Source: Phoronis australis (Eukaryota; Animalia; Phoronida). Taken from it: a DNA stretch of 64,000 nt. The stretch is taken from assembly GCA_002633005.1 (NCBI GenBank), contig NMRA01000637.1, positions 129,317-193,316 of the forward strand. Reading direction: 5' to 3'. Made by a program: the position numbers and the translations under genes. Below are positions 62,623 to 64,000 of the stretch, one piece after another. The notes beneath the pieces are model-generated. The model had not been told where the DNA came from. It ran no database searches and saw only the letters and a list, made by a program, of their open reading frames with translations. How positions within the stretch are numbered: the first letter of the stretch is position 1; the number at the start of each line of letters is the position of its first letter.

Positions 62623-63447
62623 CTAGAAAATGAAAAACAACATTTTTTTGTTCACTACAATTGATTCAGAAGCAGTTCCATGCATCTTTACTACAGAAGG
62701 GTATCAATACAGTTTCTCTCTTGAAGGAATTTTATCGGTTTTTCTGTGGAAAAACATTTTTGGGATAATTGTTGGAAGGAATAGACTTCTTGAAGTTATT
62801 AGCATGCGGACTTAAAAAGCTAATTGCCAATTTGCAAACATTTTTAAGTCTGGTCAGCATGCCATCTGTTGACCACATCAACTGACCTACTGATAATAAG
62901 ATGGCGTGGTGACCAGACATAAAAATATTTGGGATATATTTCCACGCTGCATTGAGATTTACATTCTGGTATAAATTGACGATACTTGCTACTAGTTTCT
63001 GCCAGACATTTGCTTACGTCTTCAAGGTCCACGAGTTTAGAAGGTATGCTTAAACCATTTTACCATTCACTGAATGTGATATGGGTGTGTAAGCAGTGAG
63101 TTAGGCAAAGAGGGGGGTTCCATGTTTGATTCCATGGTCAGGCTAATCTCAGAAAATCTCTTTTAGTCTCACATAAACTGTAATGGCCCTTTAAGAGGAC
63201 TTAATTGTAGATTTACTGCGTGAAAAATACATTTAACTCCATTCATCCATTTCCAGTGGTACAGGATTACCAAAATGTAAATCAGTTGGACAGTTGAGTA
63301 TAGCAAGACACCCTATAGTTAGGTTTATACAACATGTTGTTATGACACAAGAAAGAGCAAAAGGTATACACAAAGAGACGTGCCGAAATCTATGAAAGAC
63401 CAAGTAAACGGCACATTGTAACACGTACCCCTCAAACTTTAACATAC

Positions 63448-63625
63448 CTATGGACAGGTAAGCCTTCCGCACGTCACCGCTTAATTCACTCTCAATGGTT
63501 TCTTCCATGGTTTTTCCCGCTAACTCCTTGTATTTTTCAAACACTGCTTGCAAATGTTGAAAGCTTCTGGTGGCCAATATTTTATTGAAAGCAGACTCGT
63601 CAGTACCCATTTGGCCTTCCCCTGC
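63448..63625 (-). CDS. Annexin exon (repeat 3); upstream exons lie beyond the window
   Basis: TACAG|AGEGQMGTDESAFNKILATRSFQHLQAVFEKYKELAGKTMEETIESELSGDVRKAYLSI|GTATGT. Confidence 0.92.
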
Positions 63626-64000
63626 CTGTAGACAAAGTCAAATGTTAATCAAAGGAAAGAAACATTCAGTTAAAAGCTGCTATGGGCACATCTTCAGTCA
63701 AAACGAAACTTTTGACAGAAAGCAGGTTCATAGTAACTTTAAGATATTTTGATAAAATCTTTTTTAAAAAGTTCGCATTGAAATGTTTGGGTATAGTGGT
63801 CCTACCACCGGCACCTGAACCTGAATTTCGCCAGATGCACTCGCATGTGGAATACCCATCTAACCAAGGAGAAAGTCTCTAAAACAGCATGCAGATATTA
63901 AAGTCAAAGTCGAAAAATGTCACTAGGAGATGCTGCAGCAGTCAGGCCTATCCAAAAATCATTCCCAGCCATGCTTTTCTGGCCAGAAAAAAGTTTCATA

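Noticed and set aside
63233-63447. C-terminal part of the 125-aa ORF (and N-terminal part of ORF 58383-58583)
   Set aside because: Intron read-through beyond clear GT/AG sites of the annexin exons.

Overview
AT-rich, intron-containing animal genomic DNA, probably a marine invertebrate (inferred from gene and TE content). The main feature is a minus-strand cluster of three single-coding-exon RING/B-box/B-box/coiled-coil/NHL (TRIM-NHL) genes: 5120-7078 intact, 16045-18002 with a 1-bp frameshift, and 45497-47455 intact. Copies 1 and 3 lie in a ~13 kb duplicated block (451-14270 vs ~40640-53616); copy 2 lies in an older, more diverged unit. The RBCC halves are almost identical, including at silent sites. 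The NHL beta-propeller halves differ heavily, at equivalent loop positions in successive blades. This fits a constant-effector/variable-sensor E3 ligase family, and conserved AP-1/ETS/IRF-like/kB-E2F motifs lie upstream of each copy. Between and around the genes are: a Penelope remnant with a hammerhead ribozyme, two THAP-bearing Kolobok elements, a 7.1 kb Academ element with a nested Tx1/L1 LINE, a decayed CR1/L2 LINE, a Tc1 remnant, MITEs, SINE heads and minisatellites. The window ends with the last three coding exons of an annexin gene (minus strand). Single-n gaps at 14271 and 54296 mean uncollapsed haplotypes cannot be excluded. All identities and counts were made by eye.
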